This document shows positions 17,529-26,728 of a stretch of DNA of 39,795 nucleotides, piece after piece (within the stretch, counting starts at the first letter, position 1; each line of letters starts with the position of its first letter). This DNA comes from Methanomassiliicoccaceae archaeon. GTDB lineage: Archaea > Thermoplasmatota > Thermoplasmata > Methanomassiliicoccales > Methanomethylophilaceae. The DNA lies in the NCBI GenBank assembly GCA_009776695.1, contig WRNI01000001.1, forward strand, positions 1-39,795. The letters are read 5' to 3'. Position numbers and translations under genes: made by a program. Below the pieces are notes generated by a model. The model did not search any database, was not told where the DNA came from, and saw nothing but the letters and a program-made list of their open reading frames with translations.

Positions 17529-18161
17529 TCAGTTGGGGTATCTGAACCCCAGCTCGGCCGCGCGGGCCCTTATCGTTTCCTCGGGCATCTCCTTCGTGCC
17601 CTTTTTGTTTATGATCGATATCAGCATGCCGTCACCGCTTGCCGAGTCCCTCCTTATGGCGGAGTTCAGCGCGGATATCGCAAGATCGACGCCCTCGTCC
17701 TCGGTCATCCCCTCGGAGTACTTTCCTTCGAGGACGCCCAGCGCGAATAACGATCCGGAACCGACGGAGACGTAATTGTCTTCTATGCATCCGCCGGCGC
17801 CGTCTATGCTGAATATGTGGCCTCCCTTGGAATCATGGCCCCCCACGATAAGTCCGAGATAGAATCCCTGACGTATGACGTTGGCGACCAGCGTCGCGGC
17901 GGCGCCCACGGACATGGGCGCCCCTCTCTTCATTGAATATAACGCGACCTCGCTCTGCAGGAACCTGACCATCAGCTGGGCGTCGCCTACGAGCCCCGCA
18001 ATTGTCATTCCTATGTTGTCCGATATCGCGAACACCTTCTGCACATGGGTGTGCGCTATTATGTTGCCCATGGTAGCTCTTCTCTCGGACGCCAGTATAA
18101 CGCCGTCCTTCGTCTTTATTCCCACCGTGGTCGTACCTGTGTTCAAAGTTTCAACAGTCAT
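17529..18161 (-). CDS. psmB: Proteasome subunit beta
   Basis: 210 aa. The propeptide MTVETLNTG is followed by the catalytic TTTVGIKTKDGVILASERR. It lies 22 nt downstream of fttA. Confidence 0.95.
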   Translation of the reverse strand: MTVETLNTGTTTVGIKTKDGVILASERRATMGNIIAHTHVQKVFAISDNIGMTIAGLVGDAQLMVRFLQSEVALYSMKRGAPMSVGAAATLVANVIRQGFYLGLIVGGHDSKGGHIFSIDGAGGCIEDNYVSVGSGSLFALGVLEGKYSEGMTEDEGVDLAISALNSAIRRDSASGDGMLISIINKKGTKEMPEETIRARAAELGFRYPN

Positions 18162-18314
18162 TTCAAATCCGCTCCAAAACGAATCTTACTGAAAAGGAGA
18201 ACTTCTTCCCGCTCTCTTAACGTCCTTATACTTGCATTATTTAAAAGCTTTTCTTAATGCCCGGAGGGATGATGAACGGCAAGACGTATAACCGTATGCT
18301 GCGTTGACATCGTC

Positions 18315-18731
18315 ATGAAGAACGCAGAGAGCACAATCGGCGGCATGATCGACAAGCAGAGCGTATCCTTCATCGGCTCCGTGGACGATGACGGAAATCC
18401 GAACATCAAGGCGATGCTGGCGCCGAGGGAAAGGGAAGGCATAAGAACATTCTGGTTCACCACGAACACGTCATCAATGAGAACGAAACAATATATGAAC
18501 GATCCGAAGGCGTGCATATACTTCTTTGACGGGAGATTCTTCCGCGGCGTAATGCTCCGCGGCACTATGGAGGTTCTTACCGATCCCGCGTCAAAGGAGA
18601 GGATATGGAAGGAGGGCGACACGATGTACTACAAAGGAGGGGTCACCGACCCCGATTACTGCGTACTGAGATTCACCGCATCTTCCGGACGTTATTATTC
18701 GAACTTCTCCTCGCAGGACTTTGAGGTATGA
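18315..18731 (+). CDS. Pyridoxamine 5'-phosphate oxidase-family protein (general-stress-protein-26-like), second paralog in the window
   Basis: 138 aa. SVSFIGSVDDDGNPNIKAML...RTFWFTTNTSSMRTKQYMNDPKACIYF...LRGTMEVLTDPASKERIW is the PNPOx-like split-barrel pattern. Confidence 0.8.
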   Translation: MKNAESTIGGMIDKQSVSFIGSVDDDGNPNIKAMLAPREREGIRTFWFTTNTSSMRTKQYMNDPKACIYFFDGRFFRGVMLRGTMEVLTDPASKERIWKEGDTMYYKGGVTDPDYCVLRFTASSGRYYSNFSSQDFEV

Positions 18732-18797
18732 TCCGCTGACCCATGCCGGCGGGACGGGCGCCGGCAGGCGCCTTCACGATATCGTAGCGGTGCCGCG

Positions 18798-20417
18798 TCA
18801 TATCGATATCCCCGACGATATCAGGAACACGGTCAGCGCAGCGGGCATCATCATACTGAATGTGTATAACGTTGTCATAAGGCCGCCCCTGCATCTCAGC
18901 TGCGTTGTCAGCACTGAGATGAGTGCCGCCAGTTCTATGAGATACGTCATCAGTATGGGGGACGTCAGCGACATCTCCGAACCGCCGGCCAGCCCCATGA
19001 GCGGTGCCAGCATTGATACGCTTATCCCGAGTATCAGCGGCGCGAACACTGCTGACGTCCCCGTCATCATGTCAAGCATGCTCCTCAGCTTGTTCCTTAT
19101 GCCGCTGACGGCCGCGTTCTGGTCCTGAAGCTGGTGCCCCATGCTCACCGCGAGCCTGCCGGCGTCCCTCATGTCCTTCAGCGATGCCGTGTGAACATCA
19201 CGATACATGCCTGCCATCTTTTCAGAGTAGACGATCATCGCTTTGCGTATCGCCCCGCCGGTATCCCCGCGGGATACCGTTATGCGCCATTCCAGCGATG
19301 ATGCAAGGTCCTTGCAGTCATTCCTTTCTCTGAATGAAGATATCAACGCCGTCTCAAAGTTCTCGCCCGACAGCAGCCTGTTGCCGAGATCGAACAGCGC
19401 ATCACCCATCATCGATTCTGTCTTTATTTTTCTGCGCTCCGCCCTCATCTCCGGGTAAAGAAGCACAAAAAGCAGAATGCCCGCGATGATCGCCGAGGCG
19501 GCGATCGATACGGTAAGGTCATGTGTGCTCACATACAGCAAAGCGAGCGCCGGTACGCATACCGCCGCAGGCATTAACATCACGATGTTCAGTTTTTCGT
19601 CCGACCTGACGTAGAACGGGTTGCCGTTGGCGATGGTCATTATAACGGCTGCGACGACAGCGGGTATTATAATAAGCGTGACCGCCGCAATGGCCATCGG
19701 ATCAAGCGCGGCGGACGAGAACTGGCCGCCCACACTCAGCATGGGAAGTATCGATACCAGTATCATCGGCACCATGACGCCCAGTCCGAATATTACCATG
19801 CACGGGGCGCTCAGCTTCGAGCTGTATGACTCGCCCGTTTCCCTGAGGCCCTCGAGCATCGTATCGTTCGCATCCTTCGTTATCCTCATCCTTTCCTGCG
19901 CGTCCTTCGAGTCCGAAGCGGAAACGATGAGGTACATGCTCCTTTTGAACGCGGCGAGAGCATCGGGAAGCGCCGCGACCGCTGCGCTCAGGGATCCGCG
20001 CATGTCCGGCACGATCTTCACATCAACGTCCCATACCACTTTTGAGAACATCTTCGCGATGTTCTTCGGGCCGTTCGCCGCCACCTCCCTGACAACGGAA
20101 TCGAGAGAGCGCCCGCGGTCGATCATCAGCCTCATCATGCCTATCGCCGTCGGGGCCTCGTTCATTATTATTTCCGGTCTCGGGCCCGTCCTTTTCTCTT
20201 TCACGGCGACGAAGACGAAAGCGGGCACCGCGAAGAGTATCGGAATGATATTTATCGTATACATTATCCCGTAAAGCATGGTCATTGAAAGAAACACGAC
20301 GGCGGAGGCGCACAGGGCGATCAGCGGCAGCTCCTTCTTCGTTATGACCACATTTATTTTGTTGACTTTCTTCTCAGTACAGTCCATTGTATCTACCGAA
20401 CCATTTTTTGAAATCAT
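18798..20417 (-). CDS. Type IV filament platform protein (T2SSF-type, FlaJ/TadC/PilC-like polytopic membrane protein)
   Basis: 539 aa with a duplicated architecture. A cytoplasmic helical domain (NEAPTAIGMMRLMIDRGRSLDSVVREV and MMGDALFDLGNRLLSGENFETALISSF) is each time followed by TM helices. It overlaps the 3' end of the upstream ATPase gene by 44 nt, or 14 nt if the start is the ATG at 20387. Confidence 0.75.
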   Translation of the reverse strand: MISKNGSVDTMDCTEKKVNKINVVITKKELPLIALCASAVVFLSMTMLYGIMYTINIIPILFAVPAFVFVAVKEKRTGPRPEIIMNEAPTAIGMMRLMIDRGRSLDSVVREVAANGPKNIAKMFSKVVWDVDVKIVPDMRGSLSAAVAALPDALAAFKRSMYLIVSASDSKDAQERMRITKDANDTMLEGLRETGESYSSKLSAPCMVIFGLGVMVPMILVSILPMLSVGGQFSSAALDPMAIAAVTLIIIPAVVAAVIMTIANGNPFYVRSDEKLNIVMLMPAAVCVPALALLYVSTHDLTVSIAASAIIAGILLFVLLYPEMRAERRKIKTESMMGDALFDLGNRLLSGENFETALISSFRERNDCKDLASSLEWRITVSRGDTGGAIRKAMIVYSEKMAGMYRDVHTASLKDMRDAGRLAVSMGHQLQDQNAAVSGIRNKLRSMLDMMTGTSAVFAPLILGISVSMLAPLMGLAGGSEMSLTSPILMTYLIELAALISVLTTQLRCRGGLMTTLYTFSMMMPAALTVFLISSGISI

Positions 20418-22083
20418 CTATGGTACCTGACCTGTCGAAAGTACCGTCCGCCAGCGCCTTCGATAAGTGCTCGTTGGCGAAGCATATCCATTCCGGGCCG
20501 CAGAACGTGTCGGAATGTTCCGACGCCATCTCTGTAAGGAATCTGCGCATCTCCCCTCTGACGAATATCTCATCAGCTATCTCGTCCTTCGTGCACGACG
20601 ACGATGACAGTATCCTGCGGAACATCGGCGTTTCAAGGACAGCGTCGCTGAGAATACCGTCCGCCGGCATCTGGACGAAGTCGCCGTGCCTGTCCGACGT
20701 TAACGCGATCTCGTTCAGACGGCGGTACTGGCGCATGCTTCCCTTCGGTCTTTTCGTTCCCATCGTCACGACTATGTCGGTCGCCGAGAACGCATCGGGC
20801 GATATCTTCATGTCGTGCACCACACGCTCGTAGACGGAACGCGCGGAATCGCCGTGTATCGTCCCCATGATCGAGCTTCCGGCCCGTCCCGTACGCATGC
20901 TCTGGTAAAGCGTTCTCGCTTCCTCGCCTCTCACCTCGCCGAGTATTATCGCCGACTCGCCGAGCCTCAGGGAAACGCGCAGCGCCTCTTCGGCGCGCTT
21001 CTGAGTGTCGTCGCCCATCCTGTCGTCTATGAGCATGGATTGAACTTTATATCCCATTCCGCGCATCTTGTCCGTCGGAAGTTCTGACGTGTCCTCGATG
21101 GTGAGTATCCTCTGGGAAAGAGGGAACTCAAAGAGCAGCGCCGACATCAGCGAGCTCTTGCCGGCGCCTCTCGCGCCGCATATGAGGAACGTGCATCTCG
21201 AGTTCACGAGATATGACAGCAATCCGGCAGATACCGGGTCCATCGTCCCGTTGCCTATCAGTTTCGTAAGCGTCCACGGGCTCCTGGAATGTTTTCTTAT
21301 CGCCACGGCGTCGCCGTTCGGGCTCATCGGGTAGCCGATAACGGTTGCTCTGGCGTCATATCCGTGCATATCGGTTTCGAGAACAGGCGACGATTCGCAG
21401 AACGGCAGCCCGCTGTCCCTTTTGAGCACCGATATGAGATTGCGGACCTCCCTTCTGTCAACTATTAGGTTCGTTCTGCACCTTATGTGCGAATTGAACC
21501 CGGCGATGCCGTTAAGCGTCACATGTATGCGGTTCCTCTCGCACGGCGCGTCAATGTAAATGTCCTCAAGTCTGGGATCGCCGAGCAATATCTCGAATAT
21601 CCCCAGGCCCATCGTGTAACGCCGTACGACGGACACGATCTCCTCAATGTCCGACGCATTCGCGGAGAGCCTGTCCGCATGTCTCATGAGCATGTTCTTC
21701 GAGACGGACGCGATGTTCCCCGACGTTATGTTAAGGGATGACGGGAATGATCCTCTTATCTCGTCGATCACTGAATTTATCACTGAATTGACATTATCGC
21801 CGAACCTGTACTCCGAAGGCCGCAGAAAATACTCCGCCTGCCCGTCGGGCGCATTGCCTATGGTGACCTTCCCGAAAGGTATGTCATATCTCTCAATTAC
21901 GTCAATATCTTCCGTATCGATCATCCAGCAGTCGGAATAGACGGGCTTCGAGCGTTTGTTGTTCGCCGCCGTTCTCTCAAGGCTTCTCAGGATGCCCGGT
22001 ATGTCGCGTATCCTGATATTGTGCTCCGCCGCCGTCGCCGAGACCGCCGTCATCGCATTTTCCGGTTCTATCACGGGGGCCAT
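20374..22083 (-). CDS. Type II/IV secretion-family ATPase (FlaI/VirB11/GspE-like, T2SSE)
   Basis: 569 aa. It has the Walker A motif LICGARGAGKSSLMSALL, the Asp box RILTIEDTSEL, the Walker B/His-box region AIILGEVRGEEA...GSSIMGTIHG, and a FlaI-like N-terminal domain. Confidence 0.9.
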   Translation of the reverse strand: MAPVIEPENAMTAVSATAAEHNIRIRDIPGILRSLERTAANNKRSKPVYSDCWMIDTEDIDVIERYDIPFGKVTIGNAPDGQAEYFLRPSEYRFGDNVNSVINSVIDEIRGSFPSSLNITSGNIASVSKNMLMRHADRLSANASDIEEIVSVVRRYTMGLGIFEILLGDPRLEDIYIDAPCERNRIHVTLNGIAGFNSHIRCRTNLIVDRREVRNLISVLKRDSGLPFCESSPVLETDMHGYDARATVIGYPMSPNGDAVAIRKHSRSPWTLTKLIGNGTMDPVSAGLLSYLVNSRCTFLICGARGAGKSSLMSALLFEFPLSQRILTIEDTSELPTDKMRGMGYKVQSMLIDDRMGDDTQKRAEEALRVSLRLGESAIILGEVRGEEARTLYQSMRTGRAGSSIMGTIHGDSARSVYERVVHDMKISPDAFSATDIVVTMGTKRPKGSMRQYRRLNEIALTSDRHGDFVQMPADGILSDAVLETPMFRRILSSSSCTKDEIADEIFVRGEMRRFLTEMASEHSDTFCGPEWICFANEHLSKALADGTFDRSGTIDDFKKWFGRYNGLY

Positions 22084-22084
22084 A

Positions 22085-22612
22085 TCATACCTCCGTGAGA
22101 CGGAACGCCGTCTTGGCGCATTTTCTTCTGATATCTGTGATCATGACCTCGGCGCGGTCGATGAAGCCGATCGTCCTCCACATACATTCCTCGCATCCCT
22201 CTTTTCCGGGGTCGGAGCGCTCGGTCTCCAGCCTCATGATGTCGAAGCGCGGCTCCGGGAACGAGTCCCAGATGTCCTTCGCGTTCTTCTGCAGGGAGCA
22301 CGGGCATCCTTTGCATCTTGCCGCCGTCTTTTCGGAGGATGCGGTGTCCATCAGCGAGAACACTTTTGATATATCGCTCAGAACTGATATCACTGCGTCA
22401 GAATATTCCACGTCGCTCTCCTTCCGCATCAGCAGGCGCCCCGGAGGACCGTGACGGGCGATCCCCTTCGAAACGCATTTCACACAATCCGCATCTCCGA
22501 GCGACGATGCTCCGCCGCACGGTCTGCAATCCACGAAGAGCATGCCCTCATCGTATCTCATCTCAGGCCCCTTCGTTTCTTTTCTCTTTTCCATGAACGT
22601 AAATATGCTCAT
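22085..22612 (-). CDS. Cysteine-rich hypothetical protein (four CxxC-type pairs), translationally coupled to the secretion ATPase
   Basis: 175 aa. The pairs are CRPC, CVKC, CKGCPC and CEEC, with one further Cys. The stop TGA at 22085-22087 is 1 nt from the ATPase ATG at 22083. The start is uncertain (in-frame Met at codons 1, 7 and 18). I recognise no family. Confidence 0.6.
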   Translation of the reverse strand: MSIFTFMEKRKETKGPEMRYDEGMLFVDCRPCGGASSLGDADCVKCVSKGIARHGPPGRLLMRKESDVEYSDAVISVLSDISKVFSLMDTASSEKTAARCKGCPCSLQKNAKDIWDSFPEPRFDIMRLETERSDPGKEGCEECMWRTIGFIDRAEVMITDIRRKCAKTAFRLTEV

Positions 22613-22701
22613 GGAAATTCAATCACCGGGAATGTTTATAATGAAGGGTATTACAGTTAGTCTTCACAACCAATATCTATGGGCTCGCTCTACGGAATGT
22701 C

Positions 22702-24585
22702 ATGGAGATATTGGCGCCAGTCGGCTCCCCCGAAGCGCTTGCCGCCGCGGTCAAAGGCGGAGCGGATTCCGTTTACCTCGGAGGTAAGAGATTCGGCGCA
22801 AGGAAGTTCTCCGATAACTTTGACAGCGGGCAGCTGGAGGGCGCGGTCGCTTATGCGCATGATAATAACGTAAAAGTTTACGTGACGGTGAACACACTGA
22901 TAAAGAACGACGAGATGGCCGATGCGATATCGTTCGTGAAGTTCCTTAAGGACATTGACGCGGACGCGGTGATAGTCCAGGACACAGGATTGCTGAGGGC
23001 TATCGGCCGCGTGGACATAAAAAAGCACGCGTCGACGCAGATGGGCATCCATTCCAGGAAAGGATTGGAGTGGTGCAGCGATAACGGTATTGACAGAGCG
23101 ATACTCGCAAGAGAGCTCACAGCGGACGAGATACGTTATGTTATTGAAGGATCTCCTATTGAGACGGAGGCCTTCGTACAGGGCGCATTGTGCTACTGCA
23201 TGTCAGGCGGCTGCCTTTTCTCAAGCATCGCCGGCGGGAGGAGCGGCAACAGGGGCGAATGCGCACAGCCGTGCAGAAAAAGGTACGCATCGAACGGAAG
23301 AGAAGGATATCTGATGAGCACCGCCGACCTTTACTGCGTCGATCATCTTCACGCATTGGAAAAAATGGGGATATCGGCGGTGAAGATAGAGGGAAGGATG
23401 AGAAGTGCCGCGCACACGTATCTCACATCTAAGGTCTATTCCATGACCCTGAACAATGAGATGACCGAAGAGCTTGAAATGACGAAGCATCTTCTTATGA
23501 CGATATTCAACCGCGGCTACGGCACCGGGTACATGGGAGGTGTGACGAATGTCGTGCAGTCCAGATATCCTGACAACAGAGGTCAATTCATCTCCTCCGT
23601 GCAGATAAAGGACAGAAGATTCGATATCCGCGGCACCGATATCGGGATAAGGGACGGGCTGTCGATATTCAGAGGGAACGATAAGATGGGCGGCCTCAGG
23701 GTCACCGGCAAGGGAACGGTGACCGTTCCGTTCCCTATCTCCGACGGCATCTATGATATATACAGAACTTACGATCAAAGGATAGACGCGGTCAAGAACA
23801 TATTCCGTGACGTTCCCGAGCTCAGGGGAACGAAAAGTATCAGGCCGTCGGTATTCGAGCCGAAGATCGCCATACGCGGGAAAAGAAGAACGGAACTGTC
23901 ATTCTACGTGTCGTCACTGAAAGTGCTCAAAGAAGTGATACCGTACGCGGACCGCGTATATTTTGATATGAATGCGGAGACGGACGCAGCGAAGGATATG
24001 TGCGATGATATTGAATTCGTAACAATATTGCCGAGATTCTCGCCCGCCGACGAAATGCGCGAAGGCGCCGTGATGGTCCACAATCCCGGTCAGGCGCTGG
24101 CGGCGGACGGTCACGCGCGTTACGGAAGCTATCATATGAACATGTTCAACTCAATGTTCCCGAACGTTCTCGATCAGGTGACGCTGTCCGCCGAGCTCTC
24201 GAAAAAAGAGATAAAAATGATCTGCGACCGTTATTCCGGACGTCTTGAGCAGATGGTCTTCGGCCGCATTGAGCTCATGGTGACAAGAGATCCGGAGATG
24301 ATGAGCACAGTGCTCACTGATGAGCGCGGTTACGAATTTCCCGTTTACAGGGATGACAGAGGATTTTCGCACATACTCAACTCGGCCGATCTTCTGTTAC
24401 TGGACCATCTGGATGAGATATCATCAATGGGCATCGATTCCTTTGGTATCGACCTCCGCAAAAGACCGGCGGCCCTTGCGTCAAAGGCGGCAAAGGTATT
24501 TTCCGAAAGGGACACGGGAAAAAAGAAGGAGATCGAGGATATGTGCGGAAGCTTCACGAAAGGCCATTATCTTCGCGGAGTATGA
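22702..24585 (+). CDS. Peptidase U32-family protein (collagenase-like / RlhA-TrhP-UbiU type) with a long C-terminal extension
   Basis: 627 aa. MEILAPVGSPEALAAAVKGGADSVYLGG..FGAR, KVYVTVNTL, a Cys cluster (CYCMSGGCLFS...CAQPCR) and KIEGRM are U32 hallmarks. Confidence 0.9.
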   Translation: MEILAPVGSPEALAAAVKGGADSVYLGGKRFGARKFSDNFDSGQLEGAVAYAHDNNVKVYVTVNTLIKNDEMADAISFVKFLKDIDADAVIVQDTGLLRAIGRVDIKKHASTQMGIHSRKGLEWCSDNGIDRAILARELTADEIRYVIEGSPIETEAFVQGALCYCMSGGCLFSSIAGGRSGNRGECAQPCRKRYASNGREGYLMSTADLYCVDHLHALEKMGISAVKIEGRMRSAAHTYLTSKVYSMTLNNEMTEELEMTKHLLMTIFNRGYGTGYMGGVTNVVQSRYPDNRGQFISSVQIKDRRFDIRGTDIGIRDGLSIFRGNDKMGGLRVTGKGTVTVPFPISDGIYDIYRTYDQRIDAVKNIFRDVPELRGTKSIRPSVFEPKIAIRGKRRTELSFYVSSLKVLKEVIPYADRVYFDMNAETDAAKDMCDDIEFVTILPRFSPADEMREGAVMVHNPGQALAADGHARYGSYHMNMFNSMFPNVLDQVTLSAELSKKEIKMICDRYSGRLEQMVFGRIELMVTRDPEMMSTVLTDERGYEFPVYRDDRGFSHILNSADLLLLDHLDEISSMGIDSFGIDLRKRPAALASKAAKVFSERDTGKKKEIEDMCGSFTKGHYLRGV

Positions 24586-24640
24586 GAGTTAGACTAACTG
24601 TACTGACTTTCTTTAAGAACAATGACCGCGTCAAAGTATC

Positions 24641-25051
24641 ATGAAGATCAACAGCAAAGGAGAGGGCGGGTTCATGGAATCGATGGTCGCGGTGGCGGTC
24701 GTCGTGATATCGCTGACAGCTTTCCTGTCGTTCCTTGCATTCTCCGTCTCCCACGATACCGAAGAAAAAGAGAATGAGCTGCCGCTTTACATTCTTGATG
24801 ATGTACGAATTGCCAACGGAGATATCGAGGCGGACATCGAAGATAAGATGAACACGGCGATCGAGCGTTACGGGTACACGGGGATGAGGGTCACGCTGAC
24901 GGCGGACGACGGTACGATATGTTCCGCGGTGACGCTGAACGCGGGCCACCAGGATTCTGACGTGATACGGTCAAGGACAGGCACGATAATAATCGCAGCG
25001 GACAACGGCCGCTCGGTACCCGTGAACTACGCGATGGCGGTGTGGTCATGA
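24641..25051 (+). CDS. Small pilin-like protein (class III signal peptide-like N-terminus)
   Basis: 136 aa. A short basic/Gly head is followed by MKINSKGEGG-FMESMVAVAVVVISLTAFLSFLAF, an uninterrupted ~25-aa hydrophobic helix, and then a ~100-aa soluble domain. It lies 55 nt after the U32 gene. Confidence 0.5.
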   Translation: MKINSKGEGGFMESMVAVAVVVISLTAFLSFLAFSVSHDTEEKENELPLYILDDVRIANGDIEADIEDKMNTAIERYGYTGMRVTLTADDGTICSAVTLNAGHQDSDVIRSRTGTIIIAADNGRSVPVNYAMAVWS

Positions 25052-25488
25052 TACGCAGCAGGAAGGCAATGGCCGCGGTCATCGACGCGTTCATATTCAT
25101 AACGGTGATCGGTATCGTGGCAGGAGGTATGTTCGTTTATCTCAACGCGTCACATGAGAGCGAAACGAAAGCGAAAACGTACTACGATGCGTTCTTTGCC
25201 ATAGAGCTCAGGACGAACGATGTCTTCGAAGGAAGCGATACACAATGCATAATGATGTGCGACCTCATCGCGGCGCACATGGCGTCCGATCAGGGCACAG
25301 TAAAGGCGTACGCCGCTAACGTATTGGAAAAGATGATACCCCCTATGTATTGTTATCTGTTCGTGTTCGAATATGACGGCCGCGTGATGACAATAGGCAA
25401 GGAAGGCGGGAAGCTTGATTCCCGGTACTCGTCGGAGATGACGATAATCAGCGGCAAATCGATGAGAGCGACGTTATCAATATACTGA
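25048..25488 (+). CDS. Small pilin-like protein 2 (class III signal peptide-like N-terminus)
   Basis: The ATG at 25048 overlaps the upstream stop in an ATGA (the track start is GTG at 25042). MIRSRKA-MAAVIDAFIFITVIGIVAGGMFVYL has a basic head plus a hydrophobic helix, followed by a ~115-aa soluble domain. Confidence 0.5.
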   Translation: MIRSRKAMAAVIDAFIFITVIGIVAGGMFVYLNASHESETKAKTYYDAFFAIELRTNDVFEGSDTQCIMMCDLIAAHMASDQGTVKAYAANVLEKMIPPMYCYLFVFEYDGRVMTIGKEGGKLDSRYSSEMTIISGKSMRATLSIY

Positions 25489-26724
25489 TCATGCGCCGAA
25501 CTTCTCAGAACGGTTGGCAAGGCTCATGCATATCGGCAGAAGGTCCTTACCGCGGATGCGTCCGACGGCGCCGCCGGCGCACCCGGACTCGCTGAACTTT
25601 GTTCTCTCGTCCTTCGCGGCCGTTGCCGAATATATAGCGACGGGAACGGGATCTCCCGTATGGTCGCCCGTCTCAACGGGGGTGCAGTGGTCGGCGGTGA
25701 ATACTATCACAATATCGTCAATCTTTTTCCTCAGGTGGCCGGCCATCTCGTCAAGTCTCGCGACGACGGAGCATTTGTCCTTCGCGCGGCTGTCGTGCCC
25801 GCATACATCCGGAGCTTTGACATTCATCAGCACGAAATCATACTTTTTCAGTGCGTTCATTGCGGTATCGGCCTTTTTTATCATATCCGTATCGAGACCG
25901 CCCGTGCATTCCTTCGGAACGTCGATCACGTCGAGTCCGCATATCCCGCATATCCCTTTTATCATGCCGACGCCCGCCACGCACGCCCCCGTCATATTAT
26001 TCTTCTCGCTGAATTTCATTATATCGGGGAACGAACCGGCGCCCCTCGGTAATAGTATATTAGCCTCCGGAAGGCCTTCGGCCCTCCGTTTCACGTTAAC
26101 GGGATGTTCTTTCATCAATTCGTACGACATCCTTACGAATTTGTTGACAACGGATGCCGTGAATTCCGCTTTCTTTGTCCTTCCTTTTGATATGCCCACG
26201 GGACCGACATCATGAGGATCGGCGTCCGTGACATTCGGATCGAGTCCTGATCCTCTGAGAAGTAACGCGGCCCTGTGCTCCGTTCCTTCTTTCACTAATA
26301 TCGTGATACCGTCGATCACGATGCCGTTCAGTTGTTTTACCAACGCTGTCGTCTCCGGCGCCTTTATCCGTCCGGCGCGCCTGTCGGTTATTTCATATTT
26401 TTCATTGACTGTGGAGAAGTTGCATCTGAACGCGACATCGCCCTTCTTTCCGATGAGGCCGATGCCGGCCGCTTCGAAAGGCCCGCGGCCTGTGTACACC
26501 TCATACGGATCATAGCCCAGCAATGACAAATGCGCCGTGTCGCTCCCGGGCCCTACGCCCGGAGCGACGACATCCATTATTCCGGAGATGCCGTTGGCAA
26601 CGAACCAGTCGAGGTTCGGCGTCGGCGTCGCCTGCAACGGCGTCAGTCCGTCAAGCTCTCTGCACCCGCGGTCGCCGAGGCCGTCCATCACCACGAACAA
26701 TATCTTTTTCTTCTGCGCGGTCAC
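25489..26724 (-). CDS. apgM: 2,3-bisphosphoglycerate-independent phosphoglycerate mutase, archaeal type
   Basis: 411 aa. KILFVVMDGLGDR...LTPLQATPTPNLD...SGIMD...PGSDTAHLSLLGYDP and the C-terminal TADHCTP/GDHTGDPVP match ApgM of the alkaline phosphatase superfamily. Confidence 0.93.
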   Translation of the reverse strand: MTAQKKKILFVVMDGLGDRGCRELDGLTPLQATPTPNLDWFVANGISGIMDVVAPGVGPGSDTAHLSLLGYDPYEVYTGRGPFEAAGIGLIGKKGDVAFRCNFSTVNEKYEITDRRAGRIKAPETTALVKQLNGIVIDGITILVKEGTEHRAALLLRGSGLDPNVTDADPHDVGPVGISKGRTKKAEFTASVVNKFVRMSYELMKEHPVNVKRRAEGLPEANILLPRGAGSFPDIMKFSEKNNMTGACVAGVGMIKGICGICGLDVIDVPKECTGGLDTDMIKKADTAMNALKKYDFVLMNVKAPDVCGHDSRAKDKCSVVARLDEMAGHLRKKIDDIVIVFTADHCTPVETGDHTGDPVPVAIYSATAAKDERTKFSESGCAGGAVGRIRGKDLLPICMSLANRSEKFGA

Positions 26725-26728
26725 ACGA

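Noticed and set aside
17506-17529. fttA-psmB adjacency as something novel
   Set aside because: Linkage of RNA-processing or termination genes with proteasome subunit genes is a long-noted feature of archaeal genomes, so this is ordinary core synteny.
19621-20274. 217-aa + strand ORF with hydrophobic composition inside the platform gene
   Set aside because: It lies antisense to the T2SSF-like gene. Hydrophobic antisense ORFs are a common artefact of membrane-protein genes, and it has no promoter or start context.
25514-26215. 233-aa + strand ORF inside apgM
   Set aside because: It lies antisense to a gene with clear ApgM motifs, and its composition is Ser/Pro/Phe-rich.
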